A stretch of 57,671 nucleotides of DNA, counting the filler, from Jimgerdemannia flammicorona (Eukaryota), in NCBI GenBank assembly GCA_003990765.1. It is 3 parts of 3 records of this genome, joined end to end, with 100 filler letters (N's around TTAATTAATTAA, not from the genome) between each part and the next. Parts side by side here need not be neighbours in the genome. Positions count along the whole stretch, not along the records: positions 1 to 19,161 come from RBNJ01002011.1; 2 more parts are not named here. One strand, 5' to 3'. The notes below the pieces were generated by a model that saw only the letters and a list, made by a program, of their open reading frames with translations, was not told where the DNA came from and did not search any database. Made by a program: the position numbers and the translations under genes. Of this stretch, positions 1 through 12,986 are shown in pieces. Each line of letters begins with the position of its first letter. The stretch's first letter is position 1.

Positions 1-491
1 AAAAAAAAAAAAAAATCAAAGAGGTTGACTTCAGATTAAGGTTATAGCCCAGTATATATATATATATCTAGTCAACTTTTGGTATTGCAACAGGTAATAG
101 GGACAGTCCAGTAATAGAGGCGGAAGACTCATAAAGATGTCTTTTGATGATGTGACAATTTTTTTTTTTTGGCACATCACATTCCATAGGTCACATGACA
201 CGTAATCAATGATCACGGTCGGATTAGGAAAAGTACCGAACCTTACACACTTGTGATACCGAACCTCATGTAGCAAAACACATGATTTCCAATTTCTGAT
301 TGGCTCATGAAGTAAAACACGTAAAGTTAGTACATCACGCACTTACCAGCCACCATGTTCAAAACCCCAGTTGGAGGCCATTATTCTCTTGTCTGCACAA
401 AACACTTTAGTTCTTATCCTGCCCAATCTTTGCAACATTGATCTCATGTAGGGGAGTTCTCTAGCATGTTACATGTCCCACTACTTTGTAT

Positions 492-945
492 TGTAACATA
501 GTAGATGCCTAATCTCAGAAGTATGGTGGATTTCTGTATCTTGAAAACTTGACTTATTCTGACTCTTGCAAAGTCCTCAGGGTATAGAGGAGTAAGTTCA
601 AAGTGTATCTGCCCACAGACTTACTAGTTCCTTTGCTTTCTCTTTGCTTTGAACTATTTTGATCTGAGATTTATTCATTCTAGATACTGGGATATTTATA
701 CAGTTTGCTAGCTATAAGGTGGCTAAGTTATGACTATGTTTTCTGTGAGTTATTTTCTATAAGTATAGATCCTCTACATCTGTAAAATCTCTACTATCAT
801 GAAGATTCTACATTTATAGAATTTCTATATTTATGAAATATGACTGCTATTTATAAGCTATACTATATTTGGGAATCAGATTCAGGTACTGCAATCAAAT
901 GTCTATTCCTCTGATTTATGTTACTAATTTGGATCAACCATCACA
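492..945 (-). repeat. 3' LTR of gypsy family A
   Basis: Begins tgtaacatagtagat and ends tcaca. Aligns end to end with 12481-12952, differing mostly by transitions. Confidence 0.95.
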
Positions 946-986
946 ACTTTCTGCTGAATAGATGATTTATCTCTAAAATACTTTAT

Positions 987-1448
987 TCACTCAAACTCCC
1001 AAGCTTCCACAATCTGTATCTCCTTATATTGTACAATCTGTATTATCACATTCTCCCAATAATATCTTCTGACTTGTGCAAAGTCTCCAGAAACCACTTC
1101 CTGAAGATGAGCTAAGATTGACTCATCTTTCTTAAATAACTTATACACTCATTTAGTAATGGTGATCTGAATGTAGGAGAGCTGATACTCTCTAATCCAA
1201 TCTTCTTTTGCCATCTCTAGCTGCAAGCTCAATAGCTGTCCTAACTTGAAGCATTCTTGAAGCTCTATCCAATTCTGGTAGGTCTTGAAGTATGATATTT
1301 ATGACAGATATATCTGTACTATACTTTGGATACTATTAAAGAATTCCTCCATCATGGGCAGCTTGATAGTATACCATTGTCTTTCTATGACTTATTGTAT
1401 AGTACTAGTGATCTTGAGAGCTGTGGCTATACTTCATTGACTAGCCAT
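987..1448 (-). pseudogene. Decayed accessory ORF (~154 codons) between integrase and 3' LTR, unknown function
   Basis: Manual translation from ATG 1448: MASQ*SIATALK...WIELQECFKLGQLLSLQLEMAKEDWIREYQLSYIQITITK*VYKLFKKDESILAHLQEVVSGDFAQVRRYYWENV. One frame with four internal stops (TGA/TAA), all explicable by C>T. Confidence 0.7.
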
Positions 1449-1479
1449 AATACTTCTTGAGTTAGTTTTGGTGAATAGT

Positions 1480-2480
1480 AGTAGTGATGATTATATCTGA
1501 GAGTTTCTGTAGCCAAAAGGTGGTTCCTTTTATATCTTGTACAAGATAAGGTTCTTCCCACTTAGGCTCCAGTTTTCATGACCATGAAGCTTCTACTATA
1601 TTCTAATATATCAGAACTTTGTCTTCTATCTTAATAATCTTCCAGGGTTTGTAAATATTTTCACATTATTCTGTTATAGTATCTATATCTTGGTTATATA
1701 ATCCTTGGCCTTCTTTTAGATTTGATGTAGTCTCTATATCTCTATATCCATTCATTTCCATATAGCATCTCAATTAGACAATAAGGTTTCTTAAGAACTT
1801 TCTTTTCTAAATAATATTTCTTAGAGAGTAAAGTGGGTGCTTTATAATCAGATATCCTAGAGAGTAGATAATACTATTGATAGATAGTGATAGCAGTTTT
1901 CGTAGTTATCACAGATCTTGGCAATAATATTCTTAAGAGTCTTATTGGTTCTTTCTGCTTGTCCATTTCCTTGAGAGTGATAGGTAGTAGTCCAAATGTG
2001 CTAGATTCTGTACTTCTTATAGAGAACCTCAAAGAACTGGGTTATAAATTCTGTTCCTCTATCTATAGTTACTTGTACTGGAGTCATAAATTAGCAGATG
2101 ATTTCTTTATAGAAGAAATCAGCAATTGACTGTGCATTGGCTTCCTTGAGAGGTCCTACTTCTATTCATTTTGTAAAAAGGTCCACAACAACAATGATAT
2201 ATCAGTTACTAGTTAAGGTCAAAGATAGAGGACTGATTACATCCATTGCTATGTATACAAAGGATACTGATTCTATATATACTGATCCTGGGGTCTGATT
2301 TCATTGATCTTATTTCTGTTTCTGACATTTGTCACAAGTCTTGACAAATTGTCTAATATCTTCCTCTATTTCGGGCCACTACATTGTTCTTCTTGCTTTA
2401 TTATATGTGTTTGTTCCCCCTAGATAGCCAAGGTTATATACTGATTTCATTGCTTACTCCTTCTTGTGATCTGATATGAC
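1480..2480 (-). pseudogene. Integrase (zinc-finger and rve core) of family A
   Basis: Reads WPEIEEDIRQFVKTCDKCQKQ (~2320-2380) and AMDVISPL...VVDLFTK. C-terminal KLEPKWEEP resembles the GPY/F region. Confidence 0.85.
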
Positions 2481-2659
2481 TAGTAGTTTTCTTTCTTCAG
2501 TATTTCTTTATCAGTCTCAAATTATTTCCATATTCTATTAATAATCATTTGTATCCATTCTTTCAGATATTGGGGTATATTGTACTATCTCAGATAGTTG
2601 ATAATTCCATAGTTGAGCTCCTTATTCATAATTGATTTACTGGTTAGAGGTCCTTTGGG

Positions 2660-3990
2660 GTATCTATGAGAGGGTATCTGCATTGGCATTGGTTCTTCCA
2701 GAGTAGTATACAATGGTTATATCATATGCTTGCAACTTCATAATCTATCTAATATAGATTCCTTTAGGTTACTCTATAGTTAATAGCTAAGTGAGGGCTG
2801 AGTAGTCTGTCTGGATGGTGAAGTGTCTTCTAGCAAGGTAGTAGTGGAACTTCTCTACAGCCCAGATGACTGCAAGATATTCCATCTTATAGGATTCATA
2901 CTCTTTTTTAGCTCCTCAGGTTCCTTGGCTTAGATATGCAATGACATACTCCACTTTGTATCAGGACTGCTCTCAGTCCTTGTGCACTTGCATTTGTCTG
3001 CAGAATAAATTCTTGAGTTCAATCAGGTCTTCTGAGGATGGGTGCCTAGGTCAGTCTGACCTTAAGTTCATCAAATACTTTTTATTATCTGCCAGTCTAT
3101 TGGAACTTAGTATCCTTCTTGTTGAGTTTGTAGATTGGACCTGTAATGTTGGAGAATTCTCTGATAAATCTTTGATAGTTAGAGGTGAGTCCCATGAAGG
3201 CTTGGGCTTCAGTAACTATGGTAGGCCTTGGATATGCTGCTATTGCTTGAATCTTAAGAGGGTCTGTATATGTTCCATCTTGATTGATGATATGGCCAAG
3301 ATAGATGATCTTGATTTCTGCAAACCTATACTTCTTGGGCTTGATGTAAAGACCATACTATCTTAGCTTCTTCATCAGCTACTGGATGTGCTGTAGATAT
3401 TCTTCAGCTGTCTTACTGTAGATATAACATCACCAATATAAACTATCATCCATCTTCCCATATCATAGTAGAAGATTTTGTTCATCATTTACTAGAAGTT
3501 TATATGGGTATTGTATATTCTGAATGATATTTACAGATAGATGTAGATTTCACCTAAGGTGATGAAGGCTGACTTTTCACTTACTACTTCAGTGAGGCTG
3601 ATTTGGTATAATCCTAAGTATAAGTCCAAGGTACTATAGTACTGTGCTTCATCTCCTAAGGTTATAAGGATATCACTGATGAGGGGTAATGGTTGGCAAT
3701 CTTTCTTGATAACCAAATTGAGCTTTCTGTAATCAGTATAGAGTCTTGGGGTAAATTCTCCTGGCTTGCTTCTTTTTTTGGGGCTAGTACAACTGGTGAA
3801 GCCCAGGAGCTACTGGCTTCTTTCATCTGCTTGATTTCTTCTCTGAGCTATTCACAGTAGGCTGGCAGTATTGGCCTTACTTCTTGGTAAATTAGTTCAG
3901 TATCTCCTGTATCTATGTTATGATAGTAGTATGGGGTCTTTCCTTTGATATTCTTGAAATTCATAACTAGAATATTCTCAAATTCATAGA
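2660..3990 (-). pseudogene. Reverse transcriptase / RNase H of family A
   Basis: ORF 3531-3716: PLPLISDIL...YYSTLDLYLGLYQISL...KSAFIT. Downstream RNase H-like AVIWAVEKFHYYL...FTIQTDYSAL. Confidence 0.88.
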
Positions 3991-4099
3991 GTATCTTCTT
4001 GAGTGGAAAATTGTTTCCAATGCTGTAGCTATGCTTATTTATAGTTTCCTCCTTCTTGTAATCCAGTTTGGTGAACTTGGTACTAGTGAATACTCCTCT

Positions 4100-4510
4100 T
4101 TCTGTAGATCCAAATCTCTTTCTGATTTCTCCAACTTCTTGACTTCTATGACTCTTGGCTGAAGAACTGAGAAGATCAACATCTGTACCAGTTGGTCCTT
4201 CTTCTTGATTGGAAATAGAATTGTAGGATTGTAGTTCCTAGCAATAAGTAGTATTTCTCCAATATAATCTGAATTGATGACCTCTCCTTCAATTGTGATT
4301 TCTCTCCTAGCCAGGCTACTTCTTGTCTTGAGTATTCTGATGTGGTCCTTTGGAATGATCATCTCCAGACCAGTTGTAAGTAGGGTGGTTGTCTGAGGCT
4401 CTAGTATGGTTTCTTCTACTGTGCTAATATCTATTCTGGCTGTATTTTCTGACTTATATTCTGGTAGAACTGTATCAGAGTAGATTCTTCATATTTTGAC
4501 CTTGATTTTT
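4100..4510 (-). pseudogene. Trimeric dUTPase domain between protease and RT
   Basis: Reads KIKVKI*RIYSDTVLPEYKSENTARIDIS...TGLEMIIPKDHIRILKTRSSLARREITIEGEVINSDYIGEILLI...KDQLVQMLI...SER. The motif-5 FGST (ttt gga tct aca) follows after a small frameshifting deletion. Confidence 0.85.
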
Positions 4511-4597
4511 TCATCATTACTATCCTCCAGGAGGGCTGGTGGTTCATCATCCTCTTCCTCCTCCTCCTCTTCTCTTGTCTGCTTCTCAAGAGCCTTC

Positions 4598-4635
<38 letters not shown>

Positions 4636-4749
4636 CTTCTTTTTTTTTTTTTTTTTTTATAGTCACTCAGACTTCTATTTATTACTACTCAGTCTATAAA
4701 CAATAATACATATGTATCCACAACCTCTCAGCCATACCCCTTGGATCTC

Positions 4750-7700
4750 TCTTCCTACTCTCTATCTCTCTCTACTAAAAAACAATCTAGCCACCCACCA
4801 CCCAAACCCTCCCTCTACTCTTCTTACAAATACAATTCATTAGGTTCCTACAGCCCTCTCCACCTGGTTCCCACCCTCTCCACCATCCATTCAAAATGTC
4901 TAGTATCAACTATTTCCAATATACTACCCTAGCCCCAACTGTAACCTGCTGGCCCTCCTCAAATATATGAAGCCAATGATCAGCCATTCCTATCCAAATT
5001 GCTAGGATCTATCCCAAAGTCAGCCATTCATTACCAACCCCACCTACAAGCCTTCACCAGAAGTCCCCCCATCTCCCTCCTTCCCCCTCCACCAGGGGCT
5101 ATAGTCCTAGTCTACTTATAATACTATGTATACTGAAACTCTCCCAAAACTTCACACTCTTCTAGCCAATATTCAGGTATTTGTATAACCCCTATCTCCT
5201 GACCAACATCCATGTATTTCTCACACTCAAACATGCCATCTGCCATCAAGTACTCTTACCAATAGTTCAATATCATATTCCACCTTAAGAACCTCCACTA
5301 TACTACACAGAACTTGGGGGAAGCCACTGCATCACCTGCTTGCTCCAAGGCCAAACACCATTTCAGTCCCACTCCTCACCAATCTCCACCCTTTACCATA
5401 CCTCCAGCCAAATGTCCCCCCCAAGCCCCCATATATATTTCATTCTATCACTAAGCTGAAAATCCTCCACCAATGTACCTCCCAGCAGTAACTGGTCCCA
5501 TCTCTACATCTGTAGTCCCCAGCCCTTCTCCCCCTCATCACCCCTCCATCAAAGTCCAATTCTCCTTACACTATCTACCACTCCTCACCAAAAATCTTTG
5601 TAGCATATCCTCCTGCTCCCATCTATGGCCACCATCACAAGCAGGTTGCCAGTCACTCTATGAGAGGAATACTGAACTTCCCACAACCTCTGCATAAGGG
5701 GCACCCACTCTTGGCCCCTCAACTCACTCACTCTCTTCAGCCACTATGCTCTCAGTGCTTGATAAAGTCTACCAAGCTCAGCCTGCCTCTGTCAACAGGC
5801 AGAGTAAGAACCTCCCAGCCTATCTGACTTCACTGCTCAGCCCAAATCTATGATCTTGTCATCTACAGAAGCTTCCTGACCACCCACACTGAGAAGTCCA
5901 GATGATACCCCATATACCATAGCTTTGGCAGCCAATATACATTCAGCACCATCACCCTTCCTGCCAAGGATATATGTCGACCACCCCACCTTAAGAGAAC
6001 ATTCCCCTACATAAGTAGATGCTGTTTCTATCATATATGGGGCAGAAGGGACCCATACTCTAAAAAGTATATCTCCAAGTATCAAATTGGTTCTCTAGCT
6101 AGAATTACTGTTCCAATTACATCCCTGCTAACTATTCCATTGCCTAACACCAGAGTCTCACATTTGTATCAATTGAGTTGAGTATCTGAGCCCCTCTAAT
6201 ACCATTCTACAGTCCTCCTCAATTCCTCCACATACTCTAATGAATCCTGTTCAACCACAATATCATCTACAAAGACCCTGCCCTTTCAGTTAATCTCCAA
6301 AATGTCCAAACCCCCAATTTGATAACAGATCCTCTCCATTAGGAATTCCAAGGAAAGGGCATATAGGATGGATGACAAAGAGTCCCCTTGCAGCACCCCA
6401 TGACCTAGTGGAAAAGTCACACCCCTGTGCTCATTCACTACCAATGCTGCTTAACTGTTCTCCAATAGACTGATTAATGATCTCCTGAACTCTGAGAGAA
6501 CTCTCACACATTTCAGCACTCTCTCCAGCCAGACCCTCCTCACCCTGTCATATGTATGCCTTCTCCTGATCCAGAAATACTAACCAGCCATCAACTCTAG
6601 CTGCCCAAGCTCCTTCAATCACCTCTTGGACCCAGGCAGTTCCATCTTGGATCAACTGACCACCAACAAATCTCTGCTACTCCACTCTTAGTACCTGCCA
6701 AGCAATCCCCTGCAGCCTAGTCACTAAGATCTTTATCACTAGCTTATGGTCCATGTCCAGGAGTATGATTGGTCACTAGTTCTTCCAATCATCTCTTCTT
6801 CCCTTATCCTTATAGAGCAAGGAGACCAGCCCTGGGCACTGGCCCCCAATCTAAGTTCCAGATTGAAGGACCTCATCACTCATTACTATCATCTCCTCCA
6901 ATACAACCTCCACCCCAGCCATCTTCTTCCAAAAATCCCAGAGAAGCCCATTCTCTCCTAGAGCTGTCCCCTTGTTGTTGACACCAGGACCTTATATATC
7001 TTCTCCCTCTGCACTGGGTCTCCCAGTAACTCCAGACCCAGTGCTGGGTCCAGATACTACTTCTCCAACTGCTGTTCAATGTTCAGGGCATCCTCACCCC
7101 CTTCTTCATCACTTCATAAATTCCCCTAGTGAGTTCTCAGCAATTCCAAAATCTTAGAAGACCCTGTCACCATCTCCCCATCTTCATCCAAAATACCATC
7201 CCACCACTGTCTAGTTCTCTGAGCTTGAAGCAACTATGAAAGAAATCTAGCAGACCTCTCCCTCTCCTCCAACTCCTGTCACCACAATCTTGTCACCATC
7301 TCCTTCAGCTGAATCTCTTCCTCCATTTGTAGCACTTCCTTTAGCTCAACTACTTCCTTTTGTATCTATAGAATTCACCAATTGGCTGCCCCTCAATCCT
7401 CCAGCAACCCTGCCCACCTCTCCAGAAGTGCCACCAATCTTTGTGAAGCCCATTGCACTTGCTGCTGCTGCTGAGTACTCCTTCCTTTCCCTGCCTCCCT
7501 CTAGTACCTCTGAGCACTTGATTTCATCTGCTGCCAGTGATCCCCAATCCCCAATACCTGCTTCTGCCACCTGCTAATCTTCTCAATAACTTCCACCTCT
7601 CAATCTGTCTATAAGGAACAATCCTCCAATAAAGAAGAATTCAGTCACCAATATACAGGCCCATCCCCACTTCCCCCAAATCTCTCACTCCCTATCAGAC

Positions 7701-8384
7701 CTCAGTAATTGGATCATAGGTATCAAACTACCTCTAGCATATCCCAGATATCTACTCTCCAGCATTCTGCTGTCAACACCCAGTTGATCCTTGAGTCCAG
7801 CCCTGTCACCCAGTGTGTGTAAATTTGACAATCCACCCAGAACTGTCACCCTGAGTCAACCAAGGAGCTCAATCTCTCAATCTCTATTCAATCATCCAAC
7901 CTGCCACTTCTGCCTCTCATTCCTCTCCCACCATCAGTCCTATCCACCCTATTCTCACATACTATGTTAAAATTGCCCCCCAGGCAATCAATCCCTACCT
8001 CACCCATAACACTAGCCCCTCTCAAGTCTCTGATCCAATCTATGCATTTCCCCTCTAAGCCATGTAACAATATGATCCAACAGTCAAAGAGTTCCACCTG
8101 GGCCTCTTCTATACTCCCCACACCAACCAACTCTCCCAATGTTCAATATCCCCAATATCTCCCATTCCCTTTCAAACCAGAATACCTACCCACCTAGTCT
8201 ATATAGCTGTCCCACCCCATTCTCTAGTCCAGTCCTATAAGTCTATATCTACCTCATATCATACATTCTGTATTAAGAAGGGATCTGCATCCAGTCCCTT
8301 CAACCAGCTAAAGATATTCCTTCACTATGCCACTCTCCTCAATCTATTTATGTTTAAAGAAAAAATTCTAGTTGTACTGTTCAT
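4750..8384 (-). pseudogene. LINE ORF2 (APE endonuclease, RT, C-terminal Cys/His finger), disrupted
   Basis: Starts MNSTTRIFSLNINRLR. Contains GGNFN, GVLQGDSLSSILY and an FVDD-type RT motif near 6260. 3' end approximate. Confidence 0.82.
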
Positions 8385-8415
8385 ATTGAATAATGTTTGA
8401 TATGGAGAGCCCAGT

Positions 8416-10327
8416 CTAGTATTCTATACTCATATTGTCTCCAGCCAGATCTAAGTACCATTCTACCTCTAACTTATCCTCCACTACAGTCTGAGCATCC
8501 ATTGCTACTAAGATTTCCTGGCACTCCACTCTGTCCACAACCTCTATTTCTACCCAATAATCTGTGCACACTACTCTCCACTTCTCCAACCTCTTCCTTG
8601 AGCCCCACAAGTATACCACCTGATTATTTACAATCCTTTAAAGGTCCTCCTCCCTCTGATCATCAACTTGATATTCTACTGACTCCAAGAGAACTGCCAG
8701 AATCTCATTTCTAATCTTTTTTAGCACCTCCTCACCATGAAGGATTTCTTCCCAATACCTATCACTTAGTCTTCTCCCCCCAGCTCCTCAGCTGCCACCC
8801 CCTCCAGAGTCTTCCACAGCCACTTCTTCTCATCTACTGCCTCTGCAACACCCTGGGCCACCCCTTCAACCCCTACCTTAGGGTCCACCAAAGTGCTTTG
8901 CCTCCCCAACTCATCTCACTCCTCTTCTAATATATTTAGTAGTTCCTCCTCCCCACCAACCCCATTTGGGACACCTTACTGAGAGTATACTTCTTCACCC
9001 ATTTCCACATCCTCTACCACTACATTTAGTTCCCTCTCATTTAATCCACTCTGGGCCATATCCTGATCCACCCTGTGCTCTCCAGCCCAGACACTCCTCA
9101 TCAGTCCAGCACTACCTTCTCCTGTACCACTATCTGCTACACACTCTCCCAACTTCTCCAACAGCTCTTTCTGGATTTGTCTCTCTTGCACCTTCTCCCA
9201 GGCCACCTGATCCATCCTGATCCTCTTCCCATCCACAATCTCCACTACTGTCTTGGCTTTATACTCCTTCCAAGTCAATCTTCTCCTCTCTACTGCTCCT
9301 ATCAGATCCTTGAGAGCCTCCAGCAAGTCCTCTTCTTCCTCTGGCATCCCTTTCCCCTGCAAGATCTTACATTTAACCAGTCTCCACTTAAGAGTTGCTG
9401 GTCAGTCTCTTGTCTTCCCTGTATTCTCTCTCTCAGCCAGTCTCACCCTGATGTTGACATCTCCTGTCCAGAGTTCAGTACCCTCCTAGACTCTGAACCC
9501 AATGTCTATAATCTCTCCATACTCCTTTATCACCTCCACAATCAGCTCTCTGGCCCTCTCCCTCGACACTATAAGGAGATCCAACACTGTCAACTACACC
9601 ACTCAGATCTCAGTGTATGCACCTGGCCATAGAACCACTACTCTGCCCATTACTACCCCCTTCTTCACAGCCTTCAATATAAGCACCTCTTCCTCAAATC
9701 CCACCTCAACTCCTTCTTTCCCCTTCAAGAACTTCACTGAAGCCACCCCCTTCACTTCCTGTACCACCAGTTCTAAAATCATCCTTGCAGTTACTGTCAA
9801 GCCCTGGAAGCACAATGTAATGGTGAATTCCAACCTTGACTTTTTGAGTAATGGTGCCAACACCATGCCAGTCATATTATCTGCAAGGTCCCTGGGCCTT
9901 GTGCTCTCCCCCTGTCCTCATCTGCCAATAGCCATCACATCTGGATTTTTTTCCAGATCCCCAGTTACAGCTCTATCAGCAGTCACATCTCCAGCCCCTA
10001 CTCCCCCCCCCCTCCTACTGCCCAACCCTTTTATGGGGACCCCTCTCTGTCCCCCATCTGAGGCTATTGATGCCTTCCCCAATCCCAGCCAACTATCCAG
10101 ACTAGCCACCATCTTCTCCATCCAGACCAACTGCTATCTTCTCCATCTTGACCTTATCAGCAAAGATTGACCTCCTCTCTCCTTGCTGTCTCATTCCACC
10201 CCTCCCTCTACTGCTACTGCCACAGCCCACCATAGGGGGCTTTGGTATCCCCAAACTGTCTCCTTGCCTTCTCTCAACTCAATAGCACTATCATCCCCCT
10301 GACTGATATGCTCATCAGTATACTCAT
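8416..10327 (-). pseudogene. LINE ORF1, disrupted
   Basis: ORF pieces 9603-9875, 8976-9362 and 8416-8619 match ORF1 of the other copies (APLLKKS..EFT..LCF.GL, ASVKFLKG.EGVEVGFEE). Confidence 0.82.
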
Positions 10328-10599
10328 TGCTGTTTATGTTAATAGTCTCCTTTCACCAATAATATTGCAGAAAGTATTGTCTGAGTCTTGTATTACATGA
10401 ATGTTACCAGTGAAAGAATGATGCCTTCTGTCTTCTTTCCTGATAGATCTTTCTGATACTGATGCTACATTGGTAGTAGTCATTGATATGCTCACTATAG
10501 TACATCTTGATTTTATGGAGGCAGACTCCTTATAGTGTATATTCTTTTGCAATCTTCTTGCACCAGTCCTCTTCACTGATCTATTTGACTTTTTTTTTC

Positions 10600-11030
10600 T
10601 TTTTCTGAGTGATCACTATATAGGCTTCTTCTTGCTTAATTTCTTCTTTTTCTATTTCAGATAGCATTTCTTTATTGACATTAATGGGAATTTGCATCTT
10701 CTGGGTATTTAGATCAATTATTGTCTTAGCTTTATAAAGCCACTGGTTACTTATAAGGATATTATAGTTGCTGGTATTAGTCATGATCACATCTACTGGA
10801 ATAGTTGCTTTTTCAAACTTAATGAGAACATCTCAGATCTTTTCCAGAGGTGTGGTTCTTGTGTCATCTGCTGTGATAAATACCAATTTGATTGCTTCTT
10901 CAACTTCCTAACCTAGGTAGTCTACTGCTTTATTACTAAGAAGATATTCTCCTGCTCCTATATTAATGATGGCTTTGAAGATTCTATCTTCAATCTGGCA
11001 GATGGTATAGGCAGAGATCTTGTGATTGTC
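10600..11030 (-). pseudogene. Retropepsin aspartic protease of family A
   Basis: FKAIINIGAGEYLLS is a decayed AIIDTGA motif. ILISNQWL is a decayed ILGNDWL-type motif. Confidence 0.75.
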
Positions 11031-11149
11031 TTCACTCTCTTCTCCTGAGTCTTCTTGAATATTGTTGGCCTTGGTTATCTTCCAACCTTGCTCCTTCATT
11101 GTCTCAGCAAGTCAATATCTCATTTACTATCTGAATGTGGGTATTTCTG

Positions 11150-12420
11150 CTAGCTGGCTGAAGGTTGCCTTGACCTTTTATTAACTGAGATCCTTGAAGA
11201 TATTATACTTAAAGGTCTTGGTTTTGTAAAACTTCTTCTTCTTTTCTCCTTTACTAACTGGAGTGGTTTCTCAGATAATATCTTGAATAGCCTGTTCTAG
11301 CTCTTTATTTTGATCTATTTCTTCATCTTAACTTTCTATAGCAATCTCTATCTGCTTTTCCACAGGATTCTTCTTGAGTCTCCCTAGTGGTCTCTTATAT
11401 AGTTGTTTGTGGACATCTTTCTTGATTGTCTTAGTAGAGTAGACTTCTCATTCCTCTTCATCTGATTTCCCAATCTTCTCAAAGGTGATGATATTGGCCT
11501 GTTTCTTATTTTAAATAATATTGCTTGACTAGGCCTTGTACTTGGTTTCACTCATACATTCATATAAGCAGTGGTCTTTTTCTCTACAAGTATAGTAAGT
11601 ATCTCTCTTCTTGTCTGAGGTGGCAGCAAATTTCTGAATAGGGCACTGGTCTCTTTCTTTAATTTCCTTTACCATCTCCTAGGTGGGCTGTCATTTTGGC
11701 AAACTTCTTAGCAAGTTCCTCCATAGGGTTACTATTCCTCTACTACTTAGTAGCTCTTGGCTGAAGTGTGTTTTGATTGATCACTATAGTAGAGATCACA
11801 CTGATTGCCTTGGATGCTTCAATTCTAACTTCAGTGACACTTTCTATTATATTATCTTGTGGATGTCTAGCTATCTAGTATTACTGAGTATAGGTGACTT
11901 TTTGTAATAGATCCAGAACTATTGATAATAAGTGAATAGCTAAAGGTATCTCTTAGTGAACTCTTTCTATAAAAGTTGCCTCAGCTACTTAATCTCAGTA
12001 GTGGCAGCATAATCTACAAGAATTATCTGATATTGAATTCTGGTGTAGAATGTGTTTGGATCCTTGCTCATTCCTTGGTAAGTTATATTGAGCTGATTCT
12101 TCAGAGCTTGCTTGATCTCATCTATATAGTAAGTGGCTTGGAGCTAGGCCTTCATATACTATTAATACTGTATTGTCATTGTTTCTGACATAGGTTGCAG
12201 CTGTGAATGCTGCTCTTACTGGTCCTTATAGACTAAAGAGCAGGAGGGCTACTTGCTGTATTACTATCAGGGTCCTTATAGTAGCATACTGCTCAAAATC
12301 ATCAATAAAGATAATGATTGATTCATCTGAAGTATATCTATAGAATACTGGTGGTCTCATATCCATCTTATCTGGATGTCTTGGTTCAATTTATATGGTT
12401 GTTCAAGTGGTAGCAGTTGT
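11150..12420 (-). pseudogene. gag with CCHC zinc knuckle, family A
   Basis: MRPPVFY...IFIDDFEQYA near the 5' end. Decayed knuckle TYYTCREKDHCLYEC at ~11555-11603. Boundaries approximate. Confidence 0.7.
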
Positions 12421-12480
12421 TTATTGTTTAGCTTGAAAGTGAGGAGTTTATCTTCAATTACTAGCCAATGAGTATTAAGT

Positions 12481-12952
12481 TGTAACATAGTAGATACCTA
12501 ATCTCGGAAATATGGCAGATTTCTATATCTTGAAAACTTGACTTGTTCTGACTCTTGCAGAGTCCTCAAAGTACAGAGGAGTGAGTTTGAAGTATATCTG
12601 CCTGCAGGCTTACTAGTTCCTTTGCTTTCTCTTTGCTTTGAACTATTTTGATCTGAGGTTATTCACTCTAGATACTGGGATATTTATACAAGTTTTCTAG
12701 CTATAAGGTGGCTTAGTTATGACTATGTTTTCTGTGAGTCATTTTCTACAAGTATAGATCTTCTATATCTATAAAATCTCTATAATTGTAAAGATTCTAC
12801 ATCTTTAAAATTTCTACATCTGTAGAATTTCTATATTTGTGAAATATGACTGCTATTTATAAGACTATACTATATTTGGGAATTGGATTCAGATACTATA
12901 ATCAAATGTCTATTCCTCTGATTTATGTTATTAATTCAGATCAATTATCACA
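12481..12952 (-). repeat. 5' LTR of gypsy family A
   Basis: Direct repeat of 492-945 with one extra ~17-bp internal repeat unit. Confidence 0.95.
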
Positions 12953-12986
12953 ATATATAAAACACAAGTCTGATATGTATAATAAC

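Larger units (their letters stand above)
4608..10422 (-). mobile_element. Full-length decayed L1/Tx1-like non-LTR retrotransposon inserted into gypsy A
   Basis: Poly(A) tail appears as T-run ~4605-4657. TSD gccttctgtcttcttt at 4592-4607 and 10423-10438. ORF1 and ORF2 are homologous to the copies at 13.4 kb and 32.6 kb. Confidence 0.93.
492..12952 (-). mobile_element. Full-length decayed Ty3/gypsy LTR retrotransposon (family A): gag-PR-dUTPase-RT-RH-IN-accessory ORF, interrupted by a LINE
   Basis: Paired TGT...ACA LTRs at 492-945 and 12481-12952. Flanks gtat (488-491) and atat (12953-12956) fit a 4-bp TSD with one G>A change. Minus-strand RT-RH-IN order is gypsy-type. Many premature stops. 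Confidence 0.93.

Noticed and set aside
31..342. 103-aa minus-strand ORF
   Set aside because: Non-ATG start, spans homopolymer and TA runs, and has no recognisable motif.
4496..4699. ORF with poly-Ser and poly-Phe
   Set aside because: It is the antisense translation of the acidic linker and the LINE poly(A) tail.
12455..12480. Primer-binding site of gypsy A
   Set aside because: The position is right, but the sequence is too decayed to assign a tRNA.
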